Shown here one piece after another: positions 16,954-36,308 of a stretch of 64,000 nt of DNA. Under the pieces are notes generated by a model. That model was given only the letters and a program-made list of their open reading frames with translations, was not told the DNA's origin and searched no databases. The DNA is from the human T2T-CHM13v2.0 reference genome, Homo sapiens, in the NCBI RefSeq assembly GCF_009914755.1, contig NC_060946.1; one strand, 5' to 3'. The translations under genes and the position numbers were made by a program. Within the stretch, counting starts at the first letter, position 1. Each line of letters begins with the position of its first letter.

Positions 16954-19080
16954 TTATATATGGTATATACTATATGTTATGGAATATGCTTTATATGTAA
17001 TATATAACCTCATATATATTATATGTCATAATACATAATATTTATCCTATGTCATCTTATATATATTATGTATATTACATAACGTATATAATATATAATA
17101 CATATTATGCATCTTAAATATGAAAATATATAATTATTGATAACATAACATATAGTTATATATAATATGATATATAACGTATATACTATATCATATGTGA
17201 TATATAATATATATATTTTTATTACATATTATAATTTATATATATTATAATTTATATAAAGATATAATTATTTATGTAATATAAATAATTATATATAATT
17301 ATATAATGAGGTATAATATAAATAATAATATATACGATTACATATTTATGTAGTTATCTGTATAAAAATATAATTATATATATAATTATATATATCATAT
17401 AATAGACAACATACATATTATATAATGTATAATATATATTATACAATATATGATACATATATGATATTTAATATATCATAATAGAATATATATTTTAATA
17501 TTATGTATGTAACATATATTATGTGATATATAATATATATTACGTAATATAAAATAATACAATATAATATATATTATATTATGATATATTATGTAAAGTA
17601 TGTAATAAAATTACATATAACATAATATATAGTTATGTATAATATAACGTATAATTATATACGTTATATTTTATATGTACATATAATATTATACAGTTAT
17701 ATATAATTTTGAATAGTTACATATAATGTAATATAAAATATATATAATATATATCATAAAATATATATTTTATACCATATATAATATGTATCATATATTG
17801 TGTGTTATATGTCATATATTGTATATCATATATCGTATGTTATATGTTATATATATCACATTCCACATATTGTGTATTATAAATTATATATAATATATGA
17901 CATACATTACATTAAATTTGATAAATTATACATTATATGTAACATAGTATATATTATATGTAACATGTATATTCCATGGAAAATATATAATATATAACAT
18001 ATATTACATATAATTAATGACATAGACATATAATATATATTTAATATATGTATTCTACATACAACATATTGTATATAATATATAACATATATTACATAAA
18101 ATTCATAAAATATATATATTGTATGTCATATTTTACATTTACAGTTATATATTATTATATGTTATTTTATCTCATATATAACATAGAAACAATATATATT
18201 ATATATAATGTATATTATATATAACATAGATATAATAGATATAATATATGTAATGTATATTATATATTTAATACGTATATTAACCATATAATATATTCTA
18301 TATATGAAATATAATATATCTTATATATGTTATAAAATATAACGTATATTATGTGTCATATTGTATAAATAGAATGCTTATCTATTATCAATTATTAAAT
18401 GACATATAATATATATAATATAAGACGCAGGATGTAAAACAATATTATATATATGTTATATGTATTATATATACGATACTATATATTATTATATACATAA
18501 TGTATATTTATATTTGTGGGTGCCCTATTCCCCATCTGATAACTTGTTGTAAGAAGTGCAGCGTAATAATGTGTGGGCTTCGGATTCTGTTTTTGAAACA
18601 AAACACTGAGCCTTCAATGACCTTTCGGTCTCTGTAAAAGCACTCCTGTCTTCCTGGCAGCTGTTGGACCTCACAAGGTGGATTGTGCCCTCACCCTGCA
18701 ATGTTGATGCCCTGTCGCCATGGTGACGGGATTAGGGATCTCCTGCTCTTGGTCCTAAGGGCCACTGTCTGTGCTGTGTTTTCCAAAGGTCAGAACAGAT
18801 TGAACCTTTGTGGTTTTATTTTCCCTGAGTTTGATTTTTCTCATGGGGAACCTGTGTTGCTGCTTTGAACGTATATTCATACTGGCCTTTCAAATGCCAA
18901 CTCTTCATATTACTAGTTAATGCTTTCAAAATATGTTATTTAAAAAATGATCCTCAGTATTGTCCATATGCAGTTATAAATACGTTTCATGGTTATGTTT
19001 TATTCCTCAGTTTACATATTTGATTATTGTACCAAGCAGAGTACCTTTGAAATGTTTTTCCATTTAAAAAATATGAATCT

Positions 19081-19372
19081 TGGCTCAGGCCTGTAACCCC
19101 AGCAAATTTGGAGGCCAAGGCAAGGGGATCACAAGGTGAAGAGATCAAGACCATCCTGGCCAATACAGTGAAACGCTGTCACTACTAAAAATCCAAAAAA
19201 CTAGCTAGGCATGGTGGCAGCTGGTGTAGTCCCAGTGTGGTGTAGTCCCAGCTACCTGGGAGGCTGAGGGAGGACGATCGCTTGAAGCCGTGAGGCAGAT
19301 GTTGCAGTGAGCAAAGATGGCGCCATTGTGCTTCACCCTGTGCAACAGGACAAGACTCTGTCTGAAAAAAAA
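19081..19372 (+). mobile_element. Alu fragment, unit 8 (gaagccg, ttgtgct variant)
   Basis: Near-identical copy of the unit 1 Alu. Confidence 0.92.
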
Positions 19373-21499
19373 TTATATATGGTATATACTATATGTTATG
19401 GAATATGCTTTATATGTAATATATAACCTCATATATATTATATGTCATAATACATAATATTTATCCTATGTCATCTTATATATATTACGTATATTACATA
19501 ACGTATATAATATATAATACATATTATGCATCTTAAATATGAAAATATATAATTATTGATAACATAACATATAGTTATATATAATATCATATATAACGTA
19601 TATACTATATCATATGTGATATATAATATATATATTTTTATTACATATTATAATTTATATATATTATAATTTATATAAAGATATAATTATTTATGTAATA
19701 TAAATAATTATATATAATTATATAATGAGGTATAATATAAATAATAATATATACGATTACATATTTATGTAGTTATCTGTATAAAAATATAATTATATAT
19801 ATAATTATATATATCATATAATAGACAACATACATATTATATAATGTATAATATATATTATACAATATATGATACATATATGATATTTAATATATCATAA
19901 TAGAATATATATTTTAATATTATGTATGTAACATATATTATGTGATATATAATATATATTACGTAATATAAAATAATACAATATAATATATATTATATTA
20001 TGATATATTATGTAAAGTATGTAATAAAATTACATATAACATAATATATAGTTATGTATAATATAACGTATAATTATATACGTTATATTTTATATGTACA
20101 TATAATATTATACAGTTATATATAATTTTGAATAGTTACGTATAATGTAATATAAAACATATATAATATATATCATAAAATATATATTTTATACCATATA
20201 TAATATGTATCATATATTGTGTGTTATATGTCATATATTGTATATCATATATCGTATGTTATATGTTATATATATCACATTCCACATATTGTGTATTATA
20301 AATTATATATAATATATGACATACATTACATTATATTTGATAAATTATACATTATATGTAACATAGTATATATTATATGTAACATGTATATTCTATGGAA
20401 AATATATAATATATAACATATATTACATATAATTAATGACATAGACATATAATATATATTTAATATATGTATTCTACATACAACATATTGTATATAATAT
20501 ATAACATATATTACATAAAATTCATAAAATATATATATTGTATGTCATATTTTACATTTACAGTTATATATTATTATATGTTATTTTATCTCATATATAA
20601 CATAGAAACAATATATATTATATATAATGTATATTATATATAACATAGATATAATAGATATAATATATGTAATGTATATTATATATTTAATACGTATATT
20701 AACCATATAATATATTCTATATATGAAATATAATATATCTTATATATGTTATAAAATATAACGTATATTATGTGTCATATTGTATAAATAGAATGCTTAT
20801 CTATTATCAATTATTAAATGACATATAATATATATAATATAAGACGCAGGATGTAAAACAATATTATATATATGTTATATGTATTATATATACGATACTA
20901 TATATTATTATATACATAATGTATATTTATATTTGTGGGTGCCCTATTCCCCATCTGATAACTTGTTGTAAGAAGTGCAGCGTAATAATGTGTGGGCTTG
21001 GGATTCTGTTTTTGAAACAAAACACTGAGCCTTCAATGACCTTTCGGTCTCTGTAAAAGCACTCCTGTCTTCCTGGCAGCTGTTGGACCTCACAAGGTGG
21101 ATTGTGCCCTCACCCTGCAATGTTGATGCCCTGTCGCCATGGTGACGGGATTAGGGATCTCCTGCTCTTGGTCTTAAGGGCCACTGTCTGTGCTGTGTTT
21201 TCCAAAGGTCAGAACAGATTGAACCTTTGTGGTTTTAGTTTCCCTGAGTTTGATTTTTCTCATGGGGAACCTGTGTTGCTGCTTTGAACGTATATTCATA
21301 CTGGCCTTTCAAATGCCAACTCTTCATATTACTAGTTAATGCTTTCAAAATATGTTATTTAAAAAATTATCCTCAGTATTGTCCATATGCAGTTATAAAT
21401 ACGTTTCATGGTTATGTTTTATTCCTCAGTTTACATATTTGATTATTGTACCAAGCAGAGTACCTTTGAAATGTTTTTCCATTTAAAAAATATGAATCT

Positions 21500-21791
<292 letters not shown>

Positions 21792-23918
21792 TTATATATG
21801 GTATATACTATATGTTATGGAATATGCTTTATATGTAATATATAACCTCATATATATTATATGTCATAATACATAATATTTATCCTATGTCATCTTATAT
21901 ATATTATGTATATTACATAACGTATATAATGTATAATACATATTATGCATCTTAAATATGAAAATATATAATTATTGATAACATAACATATAGTTATATA
22001 TAATATGATATATAACATATATACTATATCGTATGTGATATATAATATATATATTTTTATTACATATTATAATTTATATATATTATAATTTATATAAAGA
22101 TATAATTATTTATGTAATATAAATAATTATATATAATTACATAATGAGGTATAATATAAATAATAATATATACGATTACATATTTATGTAGTTATCTGTA
22201 TAAAAATATAATTATATATATAATTATATATATCATATAATAGACAACATACATATTATATAATGTATAATATATATTATACAATATATGATACATATAT
22301 GATATTTAATATATCATAATAGAATATATATTTTAATATTATGTATGTAACATATATTATGTGATATATAATATATATTACGTAATATAAAATAATATAA
22401 TATAATATATATTATATTCTGATATATTATGTAATGTAAGTAATAAAATTACATATAACATAATATATAATTATGTATAATATAAAGTATAATTATATAC
22501 GTTATATTTTATACGTACATATAATATTATACAGTTATATATAATTTTGAATAGTTACATATAATGTAATATAAAACATATATAATATATATCATAAAAT
22601 ATATATTTTATACCATATATAATATGTATCATATATTGTGTGTTATATGTCATATATTGTATGTCATATATCGTATGTTATATGTTATATATATCACATT
22701 CCACATATTGTGTATTATAAATTATATATAATATATGACATACATTACATTATATTTGATAAATTATACATTATATGTAACATAGTATATATTATATGTA
22801 ACATGTATATTCTATGGAAAATATATAATATATAACATATATTACATATAATTAATGACATAGACATATAATATATATTTAATATATGTATTATACATAC
22901 ATCATATTGTATATAATATATAACATATATTACATAAAATTCATAAAATATATATATTGTATGTCATATTTTACATTTACAGTTATATATTATTATATGT
23001 TATTTTATCTCATATATAACATAGAAACAATATATCTTATATATAATGTATATTATATATAACATAGATATAATAGATATAATATATGTAATGTATATTA
23101 TATATTTAATACGTATATTAACCATATAATATATTCTATATATGAAATATAATATATCTTATATATGTCATAAAATATAACGTATATTATGTGTCATATT
23201 GTATAAATAGAATGCTTATCTATTATCAATTATTATATGACATATAATATATATAATATAAGACGCAGGATGTAAAACAATATTATATATATGTTATATG
23301 TATTATATATACGATACTATATATTATTATATACATAATGTATATTTATATTTGTGGGTGCCCTATTCCCCATCTGATAACTTGTTGTAAGAAGCGCAGC
23401 GTAATAATGTGTGGGCTTGGGATTCTGTTTTTGAAACAAAACACTGAGCCTTCAATGACCTTTCGGTCTCTGTAAAAGCACTCCTGTCTTCCTGGCAGCT
23501 GTTGGACCTCACAAGGTGGATTGTGCCCTCACCCTGCAATGTTGATGCCCTGTCGCCATGGTGACGGGATTAGGGATCTCCTGCTCTTGGTCCTAAGGGC
23601 CACTGTCTGTGCTGTGTTTTCCAAAGGTCAGAACAGATTGAACCTTTGTGGTTTTAGTTTCCCTGAGTTTGACTTTTCTCATGGGGAACCTGTGTTGCTG
23701 CTTTGAACGTATATTCATACTGGCCTTTCAAATGCCAACTCTTCATATTACTAGTTAATGCTTTCAAAATATGTTATTTAAAAAATTATCCTCAGTATTG
23801 TCCATATGCAGTTATAAATACGTTTCATGGTTATGTTTTATTCCTCAGTTTACATATTTGATTATTGTACCAAGCAGAGTACCTTTGAAATGTTTTTCCA
23901 TTTAAAAAGTATGAATCT

Positions 23919-24210
<292 letters not shown>

Positions 24211-26337
24211 TTATATATGGTATATACTATATGTTATGGAATATGCTTTATATGTAATATATAACCTCATATATATTATATGTCATAATACATAATATTT
24301 ATCCTATGTCATCTTATATATATTACGTATATTACATAACGTATATAATATATAATACATATTATGCATCTTAAATATGAAAATATATAATTATTGATAA
24401 CATAACATATAGTTATATATAATATGATATATAACGTATATACTATATCATATGTGATATATAATATATATATTTTTATTACATATTATAATTTATATAT
24501 ATTATAATTTATATAAAGATATAATTATTTATGTAATATAAATAATTATATATAATTATATAATGAGGTATAATATAAATAATAATATATACGATTACAT
24601 ATTTATGTAGTTATCTGTATAAAAATATAATTATATATATAATTATATATATCATATAATAGACAACATACATATTATATAATGTATAATATATATTATA
24701 CAATATATGATACATATATGATATTTAATATATCATAATAGAATATATATTTTAATATTATGTATGTAACATATATTATGTGATATATAATATATATTAC
24801 GTAATATAAAATAATACAATATAATATATATTATATTATGATATATTATGTAAAGTATGTAATAAAATTACATATAACATAATATATAGTTATGTATAAT
24901 ATAACGTATAATTATATACGTTATATTTTATATGTACATATAATATTTTACAGTTATATATAATTTTGGATAGTTACATATAATGTAATATAAAACATAT
25001 ATAATATATATCATAAAATATATATTTTATACCATATATAATATGTATCATATATTGTGTGTTATATGTCATATATTGTATATCATATATCGTATGTTAT
25101 ATGTTATATATATCACATTCCACATATTGTGTATTATAAATTATATATAATATATGACATACATTACATTATATTTGATAAATTATACATTATATGTAAC
25201 ATAGTATATATTATATGTAACATGTATATTCTATGGAAAATATATAATATATAACATATATTACATATAATTAATGACATAGACATATAATATATATTTA
25301 ATATATGTATTCTACATACAACATATTGTATATAATATATAATATATATTACATAAAATTCATAAAATATATATATTGTATGTCATATTTTACATTTACA
25401 GTTATATATTATTATATGTTATTTTATCTCATATATAACATAGAAACAATATATATTATATATAATGTATATTATATATAACATAGATATAATAGATATA
25501 ATATATGTAATGTATATTATATATTTAATACGTATATTAAACATATAATATATTCTATATATGAAATATAATATATCTTATATATGTTATAAAATATAAC
25601 GTATATTATGTGTCATATTGTATAAATATAATGCTTATCTATTATCAATTATTAAATGACATATAATATATATAATATAAGACGCAGGATGTAAAACAAT
25701 ATTATATATATGTTATATGTATTATATATACGATACTATATATTATTATATACATAATGTATATTTATATTTGTGGGTGCCCTATTCCCCATCTGATAAC
25801 TTGTTGTAAGAAGTGCAGCGTAATAATGTGTGGGCTTCGGATTCTGTTTTTGAAACAAAACACTGAGCCTTCAATGACCTTTCGGTCTCTGTAAAAGCAC
25901 TCCTGTCTTCCTGGCAGCTGTTGGACCTCACAAGGTGGATTGTGCCCTCACCCTGCAATGTTGATGCCCTGTCGCCATGGTGACGGGATTAGGGATCTCC
26001 TGCTCTTGGTCCTAAGGGCCACTGTCTGTGCTGTGTTTTCCAAAGGTCAGAACAGATTGAACCTTTGTGGTTTTATTTTCCCTGAGTTTGATTTTTCTCA
26101 TGGGGAACCTGTGTTGCTGCTTTGAACGTATATTCATACTGGCCTTTCAAATGCCAACTCTTCATATTACTAGTTAATGCTTTCAAAATATGTTATTTAA
26201 AAAATTATCCTCAGTATTGTCCATATGCAGTTATAAATACGTTTCATGGTTATGTTTTATTCCTCAGTTTACATATTTGATTATTGTACCAAGCAGAGTA
26301 CCTTTGAAATGTTTTTCCATTTAAAAAATATGAATCT

Positions 26338-26629
26338 TGGCTCAGGCCTGTAACCCCAGCAAATTTGGAGGCCAAGGCAAGGGGATCACAAGGTGAAGAG
26401 ATCAAGACCATCCTGGCCAATACAGTGAAACGCTGTCACTACTAAAAATCCAAAAAACTAGCTAGGCATGGTGGCAGCTGGTGTAGTCCCAGTGTGGTGT
26501 AGTCCCAGCTACCTGGGAGGCTGAGGGAGGACGATCGCTTGAAGCCGTGAGGCAGATGTTGCAGTGAGCAAAGATGGCGCCATTGTGCTTCACCCTGTGC
26601 AACAGGACAAGACTCTGTCTGAAAAAAAA
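26338..26629 (+). mobile_element. Alu fragment, unit 11 (gaagccg, ttgtgct variant)
   Basis: Near-identical copy of the unit 1 Alu. Confidence 0.92.
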
Positions 26630-28756
26630 TTATATATGGTATATACTATATGTTATGGAATATGCTTTATATGTAATATATAACCTCATATATATTATAT
26701 GTCATAATACATAATATTTATCCTATGTCATCTTATATATATTACGTATATTACATAACGTATATAATATATAATACATATTATGCATCTTAAATATGAA
26801 AATATATAATTATTGATAACATAACATATAGTTATATATAATATCATATATAACGTATATACTATATCATATGTGATATATAATATATATATTTTTATTA
26901 CATATTATAATTTATATATATTATAATTTATATAAAGATATAATTATTTATGTAATATAAATAATTATATATAATTATATAATGAGGTATAATATAAATA
27001 ATAATATATACGATTACATATTTATGTAGTTATCTGTATAAAAATATAATTATATATATAATTATATATATCATATAATAGACAACATACATATTATATA
27101 ATGTATAATATATATTATACAATATATGATACATATATGATATTTAATATATCATAATAGAATATATATTTTAATATTATGTATGTAACATATATTATGT
27201 GATATATAATATATATTACGTAATATAAAATAATACAATATAATATATATTATATTATGATATATTATGTAAAGTATGTAATAAAATTACATATAACATA
27301 ATATATAGTTATGTATAATATAACGTATAATTATATACGTTATATTTTATATGTACATATAATATTATACAGTTATATATAATTTTGAATAGTTACGTAT
27401 AATGTAATATAAAACATATATAATATATATCATAAAATATATATTTTATACCATATATAATATGTATCATATATTGTGTGTTATATGTCATATATTGTAT
27501 ATCATATATCGTATGTTATATGTTATATATATCACATTCCACATATTGTGTATTATAAATTATATATAATATATGACATACATTACATTATATTTGATAA
27601 ATTATACATTATATGTAACATAGTATATATTATATGTAACATGTATATTCTATGGAAAATATATAATATATAACATATATTACATATAATTAATGACATA
27701 GACATATAATATATATTTAATATATGTATTCTACATACAACATATTGTATATAATATATAACATATATTACATAAAATTCATAAAATATATATATTGTAT
27801 GTCATATTTTACATTTACAGTTATATATTATTATATGTTATTTTATCTCATATATAACATAGAAACAATATATATTATATATAATGTATATTATATATAA
27901 CATAGATATAATAGATATAATATATGTAATGTATATTATATATTTAATACGTATATTAACCATATAATATATTCTATATATGAAATATAATATATCTTAT
28001 ATATGTTATAAAATATAACGTATATTATGTGTCATATTGTATAAATATAATGCTTATCTATTATCAATTATTAAATGACATATAATATATATAATATAAG
28101 ACGCAGGATGTAAAACAATATTATATATATGTTATATGTATTATATATACGATACTATATATTATTATATACATAATGTATATTTATATTTGTGGGTGCC
28201 CTATTCCCCATCTGATAACTTGTTGTAAGAAGTGCAGCGTAATAATGTGTGGGCTTGGGATTCTGTTTTTGAAACAAAACACTGAGCCTTCAATGACCTT
28301 TCGGTCTCTGTAAAAGCACTCCTGTCTTCCTGGCAGCTGTTGGACCTCACAAGGTGGATTGTGCCCTCACCCTGCAATGTTGATGCCCTGTCGCCATGGT
28401 GACGGGATTAGGGATCTCCTGCTCTTGGTCCTAAGGGCCACTGTCTGTGCTGTGTTTTCCAAAGGTCAGAACAGATTGAACCTTTGTGGTTTTATTTTCC
28501 CTGAGTTTGATTTTTCTCATGGGGAACCTGTGTTGCTGCTTTGAACGTATATTCATACTGGCCTTTCAAATGCCAACTCTTCATATTACTAGTTAATGCT
28601 TTCAAAATATGTTATTTAAAAAATTATCCTCAGTATTGTCCATATGCAGTTATAAATACGTTTCATGGTTATGTTTTATTCCTCAGTTTACATATTTGAT
28701 TATTGTACCAAGCAGAGTACCTTTGAAATGTTTTTCCATTTAAAAAATATGAATCT

Positions 28757-29048
<292 letters not shown>

Positions 29049-31178
29049 TTATATATGGTATATACTATATGTTATGGAATATGCTTTATATGTAATATAT
29101 AACCTCATATATATTATATGTCATAATACATAATATTTATCTTATGTCATCTTATATATATTACGTATATTACATAACGTATATAATATATAATACATAT
29201 TATGCATCTTAAATATGAAAATATATAATTATTGATAACATAACATATAGTTATATATAATATGATATATAACGTATATACTATATCATATGTGATATAT
29301 AATATATATATTTTTATTACATATTATAATTTATATATATTATAATTTATATAAAGATATAATTATTTATGTAATATAAATAATTATATATAATTATATA
29401 ATGAGGTATAATATAAATAATAATATATACGATTACATATTTATGTAGTTATCTGTATAAAAATATAATTATATATATAATTATATATATCATATAATAG
29501 ACAACATACATATTATATAATGTATAATATATATTATACAATATATGATACATATATGATATTTAATATATCATAATAGAATATATATTTTAATATTATG
29601 TATGTAACATATATTATGTGATATATAATATATATTACGTAATATAAAATAATACAATATAATATATATTATATTATGATATATTATGTAAAGTATGTAA
29701 TAAAATTACATATAACATAATATATAGTTATGTATAATATAACGTATAATTATATACGTTATATTTTATATAAACATATAATATTATACAGTTATATATA
29801 ATTTTGAATAGTTACATATAATGTAATATAAAACATATATAATATATATCATAAAATATATATTTTATACCATATATAATATGTATCATATATTGTGTGT
29901 TATATGTCATATATTGTATATCATATATCGTATGTTATATGTTATATATATCACATTCCACATATTGTGTATTATAAATTATATATAATATATGACATAC
30001 ATTACATTATATTTGATAAATTATACATTATATGTAACATAGTATATATTATATGTAACATGTATATTCTATGGAAAATATATAATATATAACATATATT
30101 ACATATAATTAATGACATAGACATATAATATATATTTAATATATGTATTATACATACAACATATTGTATATAATATATAACATATATTACATAAAAGTCA
30201 TAAAATATAATATATATTGTATGTCATATTTTACATTTACAGTTATATATTATTATATGTTATTTTATCTCATATATAACATAGAAGCAATATATATTAT
30301 ATATAATGTATATTATATATAACATAGATATAATAGATATAATATATGTAATGTATATTATATATTTAATACGTATATTAACCATATAATATATTCTATA
30401 TATGAAATATAATATATCTTATATATGTCATAAAATATAACGTATATTATGTGTCATATTGTATAAATATAATGCTTATCTATTATCAATTATTATATGA
30501 CATATAATATATATAATATAAGACGCAGGATGTAAAACAATATTATATATATGTTATATGTATTATATATACGATACTATATATTATTATATACATAATG
30601 TATATTTATATTTGTGGGTGCCCTATTCCCCATCTGATAACTTGTTGTAAGAAGCGCAGCGTAATAATGTGTGGGCTTGGGATTCTGTTTTTGAAACAAA
30701 ACACTGAGCCTTCAATGACCTTTCGGTCTCTGTAAAAGCACTCCTGTCTTCCTGGCAGCTGTTGGACCTCACAAGGTGGATTGTGCCCTCACCCTGCAAT
30801 GTTGATGCCCTGTCGCCATGGTGACGGGATTAGGGATCTCCTGCTCTTGGTCCTAAGGGCCACTGTCTGTGCTGTGTTTTCCAAAGGTCAGAACAGATTG
30901 AACCTTTGTGGTTTTATTTTCCCTGAGTTTGATTTTTCTCATGGGGAACCTGTGTTGCTGCTTTGAACGTATATTCATACTGGCCTTTCAAATGCCAACT
31001 CTTCATATTACTAATTAATGCTTTCAAAATATGTTATTTTAAAAATTATCCTCAGTATTGTCCATATGCAGTTATAAATACGTTTCATGGTTATGTTTTA
31101 TTCCTCAGTTTACATATTTGATTATTGTACCAAGCAGAGTACCTTTGAAATGTTTTTCCATTTAAAAAATATGAATCT

Positions 31179-31470
<292 letters not shown>

Positions 31471-33597
31471 TTATATATGGTATATACTATATGTTATGGA
31501 ATATGCTTTATATGTAATATATAACCTCATATATATTATATGTCATAATACATAATATTTATCCTATGTCATCTTATATATATTACGTATATTACATAAC
31601 GTATATAATATATAATACATATTATGCATCTTAAATATGAAAATATATAATTATTGATAACATAACATATAGTTATATATAATATGATATATAACGTATA
31701 TACTATATCATATGTGATATATAATATATATATTTTTATTACATATTATAATTTATATATATTATAATTTATATAAAGATATAATTATTTATGTAATATA
31801 AATAATTATATATAATTATATAATGAGGTATAATGTAAATAATAATATATACGATTACATATTTATGTAGTTATCTGTATAAAAATATAATTATATATAT
31901 AATTATATATATCATATAATAGACAACATACATATTATATAATGTATAATATATATTATACAATATATGATACATATATGATATTTAATATATCATAATA
32001 GAATATATATTTTAATATTATGTATGTAACATATATTATGTGAGATATAATATATATTACGTAATATAAAATAATACAATATAATATATATTATATTATG
32101 ATATATTATGTAAAGTATGTAATAAAATTACATATAACATAATATATAGTTATGTATAATATAACGTATAATTATATACGTTATATTTTATATGTACATA
32201 TAATATTATACAGTTATATATAATTTTGAATAGTTACATATAATGTAATATAAAACATATATAATATATATCATAAAATATATATTTTATACCATATATA
32301 ATATGTATCATATATTGTGTGTTATATGTCATATATTGTATATCATATATCGTATGTTATATGTTATATATATCACATTCCACATATTGTGTATTATAAA
32401 TTATATATAATATATGACATACATTACATTATATTTGATAAATTATACATTATATGTAACATAGTATATATTATATGTAACATGTATATTCTATGGAAAA
32501 TATATAATATATAACATATATTACATATAATTAATGACATAGACATATAATATATATTTAATATATGTATTCTACATACAACATATTGTATATAATATAT
32601 AACATATATTACATAAAATTCATAAAATATATATATTGTATGTCATATTTTACATTTACAGTTATATATTATTATATGTTATTTTATCTCATATATAACA
32701 TAGAAACAATATATATTATATATAATGTATATTATATATAACATAGATATAATAGATATAATATATGTAATGTATATTATATATTTAATACGTATATTAA
32801 CCATATAATATATTCTATATATGAAATATAATATATCTTATATATGTTATAAAATATAACGTATATTATGTGTCATATTGTATAAATATAATGCTTATCT
32901 ATTATCAATTATTAAATGACATATAATATATATAATATAAGACGCAGGATGTAAAACAATATTATATATATGTTATATGTATTATATATACGATACTATA
33001 TATTATTATATACATAATGTATATTTATATTTGTGGGTGCCCTATTCCCCATCTGATAACTTGTTGTAAGAAGCGCAGCGTAATAATGTGTGGGCTTGGG
33101 ATTCTGTTTTTGAAACAAAACACTGAGCCTTCAATGACCTTTCGGTCTCTGTAAAAGCACTCCTGTCTTCCTGGCAGCTGTTGGACCTCACAAGGTGGAT
33201 TGTGCCCTCACCCTGCAATGTTGATGCCCTGTCGCCATGGTGACGGGATTAGGGATCTCCTGCTCTTGGTCCTAAGGGCCACTGTCTGTGCTGTGTTTTC
33301 CAAAGGTCAGAACAGATTGAACCTTTGTGGTTTTATTTTCCCTGAGTTTGATTTTTCTCATGGGGAACCTGTGTTGCTGCTTTGAACGTATATTCATACT
33401 GGCCTTTCAAATGCCAACTCTTCATATTACTAGTTAATGCTTTCAAAATATGTTATTTAAAAAATTATCCTCAGTATTGTCCATATGCAGTTATAAATAC
33501 GTTTCATGGTTATGTTTTATTCCTCAGTTTACATATTTGATTATTGTACCAAGCAGAGTACCTTTGAAATGTTTTTCCATTTAAAAAATATGAATCT

Positions 33598-33889
<292 letters not shown>

Positions 33890-36016
33890 TTATATATGGT
33901 ATATACTATATGTTATGGAATATGCTTTATATGTAATATATAACCTCATATATATTATATGTCATAATACATAATATTTATCTTATGTCATCTTATATAT
34001 ATTACGTATATTACATAACGTATATAATATATAATACATATTATGCATCTTAAATATGAAAATATATAATTATTGATAACATAACATATAGTTATATATA
34101 ATATGATATATAACGTATATACTATATCATATGTGATATATAATATATATATTTTTATTACATATTATAATTTATATATATTATAATTTATATAAAGATA
34201 TAATTATTTATGTAATATAAATAATTATATATAATTATATAATGAGGTATAATATAAATAATAATATATACGATTACATATTTATGTAGTTATCTGTATA
34301 AAAATATAATTATATATATAATTATATATATCATATAATAGACAACATACATATTATATAATGTATAATATATATTATACAATATATGATACATATATGA
34401 TATTTAATATATCATAATAGAATATATATTTTAATATTATGTATGTAACATATATTATGTGATATATAATATATATTACGTAATATAAAATAATACAATA
34501 TAATATATATTATATTATGATATATTATGTAAAGTATGTAATAAAATTACATATAATATAATATATAGTTATGTATAATATAACGTATAATTATATACGT
34601 TATATTTTATATGTACATATAATATTATACAGTTATATATAATTTTGAATAGTTACATATAATGTAATATAAAACATATATAATATATATCATAAAATAT
34701 ATATTTTATACCATATATAATATGTATCATATATTGTGTGTTATATGTCATATATTGTATATCATATATCGTATGTTATATGTTATATATATCACATTCC
34801 ACATATTGTGTATTATAAATTATATATAATATATGACATACATTACATTATATTTGATAAATTATACATTATATGTAACATAGTATATATTATATGTAAC
34901 ATGTATATTCTATGGAAAATATATAATATATAACATATATTACATATAATTAATGACATAGACATATAATATATATTTAATATATGTATTCTACATACAA
35001 CATATTGTATATAATATATAACATATATTACATAAAATTCATAAAATATATATATTGTATGTCATATTTTACATTTACAGTTATATATTATTATATGTTA
35101 TTTTATCTCATATATAACATAGAAACAATATATATTATATATAATGTATATTATATATAACATAGATATAATAGATATAATATATGTAATGTATATTATA
35201 TATTTAATACGTATATTAACCATATAATATATTCTATATATGAAATATAATATATCTTATATATGTTATAAAATATAACGTATATTATGTGTCATATTGT
35301 ATAAATATAATGCTTATCTATTATCAATTATTAAATGACATATAATATATATAATATAAGACGCAGGATGTAAAACAATATTATATATATGTTATATGTA
35401 TTATATATACGATACTATATATTATTATATACATAATGTATATTTATATTTGTGGGTGCCCTATTCCCCATCTGATAACTTGTTGTAAGAAGCGCAGCGT
35501 AATAATGTGTGGGCTTGGGATTCTGTTTTTGAAACAAAACACTGAGCCTTCAATGACCTTTCGGTCTCTGTAAAAGCACTCCTGTCTTCCTGGCAGCTGT
35601 TGGACCTCACAAGGTGGATTGTGCCCTCACCCTGCAATGTTGATGCCCTGTCGCCATGGTGACGGGATTAGGGATCTCCTGCTCTTGGTCCTAAGGGCCA
35701 CTGTCTGTGCTGTGTTTTCCAAAGGTCAGAACAGATTGAACCTTTGTGGTTTTATTTTCCCTGAGTTTGATTTTTCTCATGGGGAACCTGTGTTGCTGCT
35801 TTGAACGTATATTCATACTGGCCTTTCAAATGCCAACTCTTCATATTACTAGTTAATGCTTTCAAAATATGTTATTTAAAAAATTATCCTCAGTATTGTC
35901 CATATGCAGTTATAAATACGTTTCATGGTTATGTTTTATTCCTCAGTTTACATATTTGATTATTGTACCAAGCAGAGTACCTTTGAAATGTTTTTCCATT
36001 TAAAAAATATGAATCT

Positions 36017-36308
<292 letters not shown>
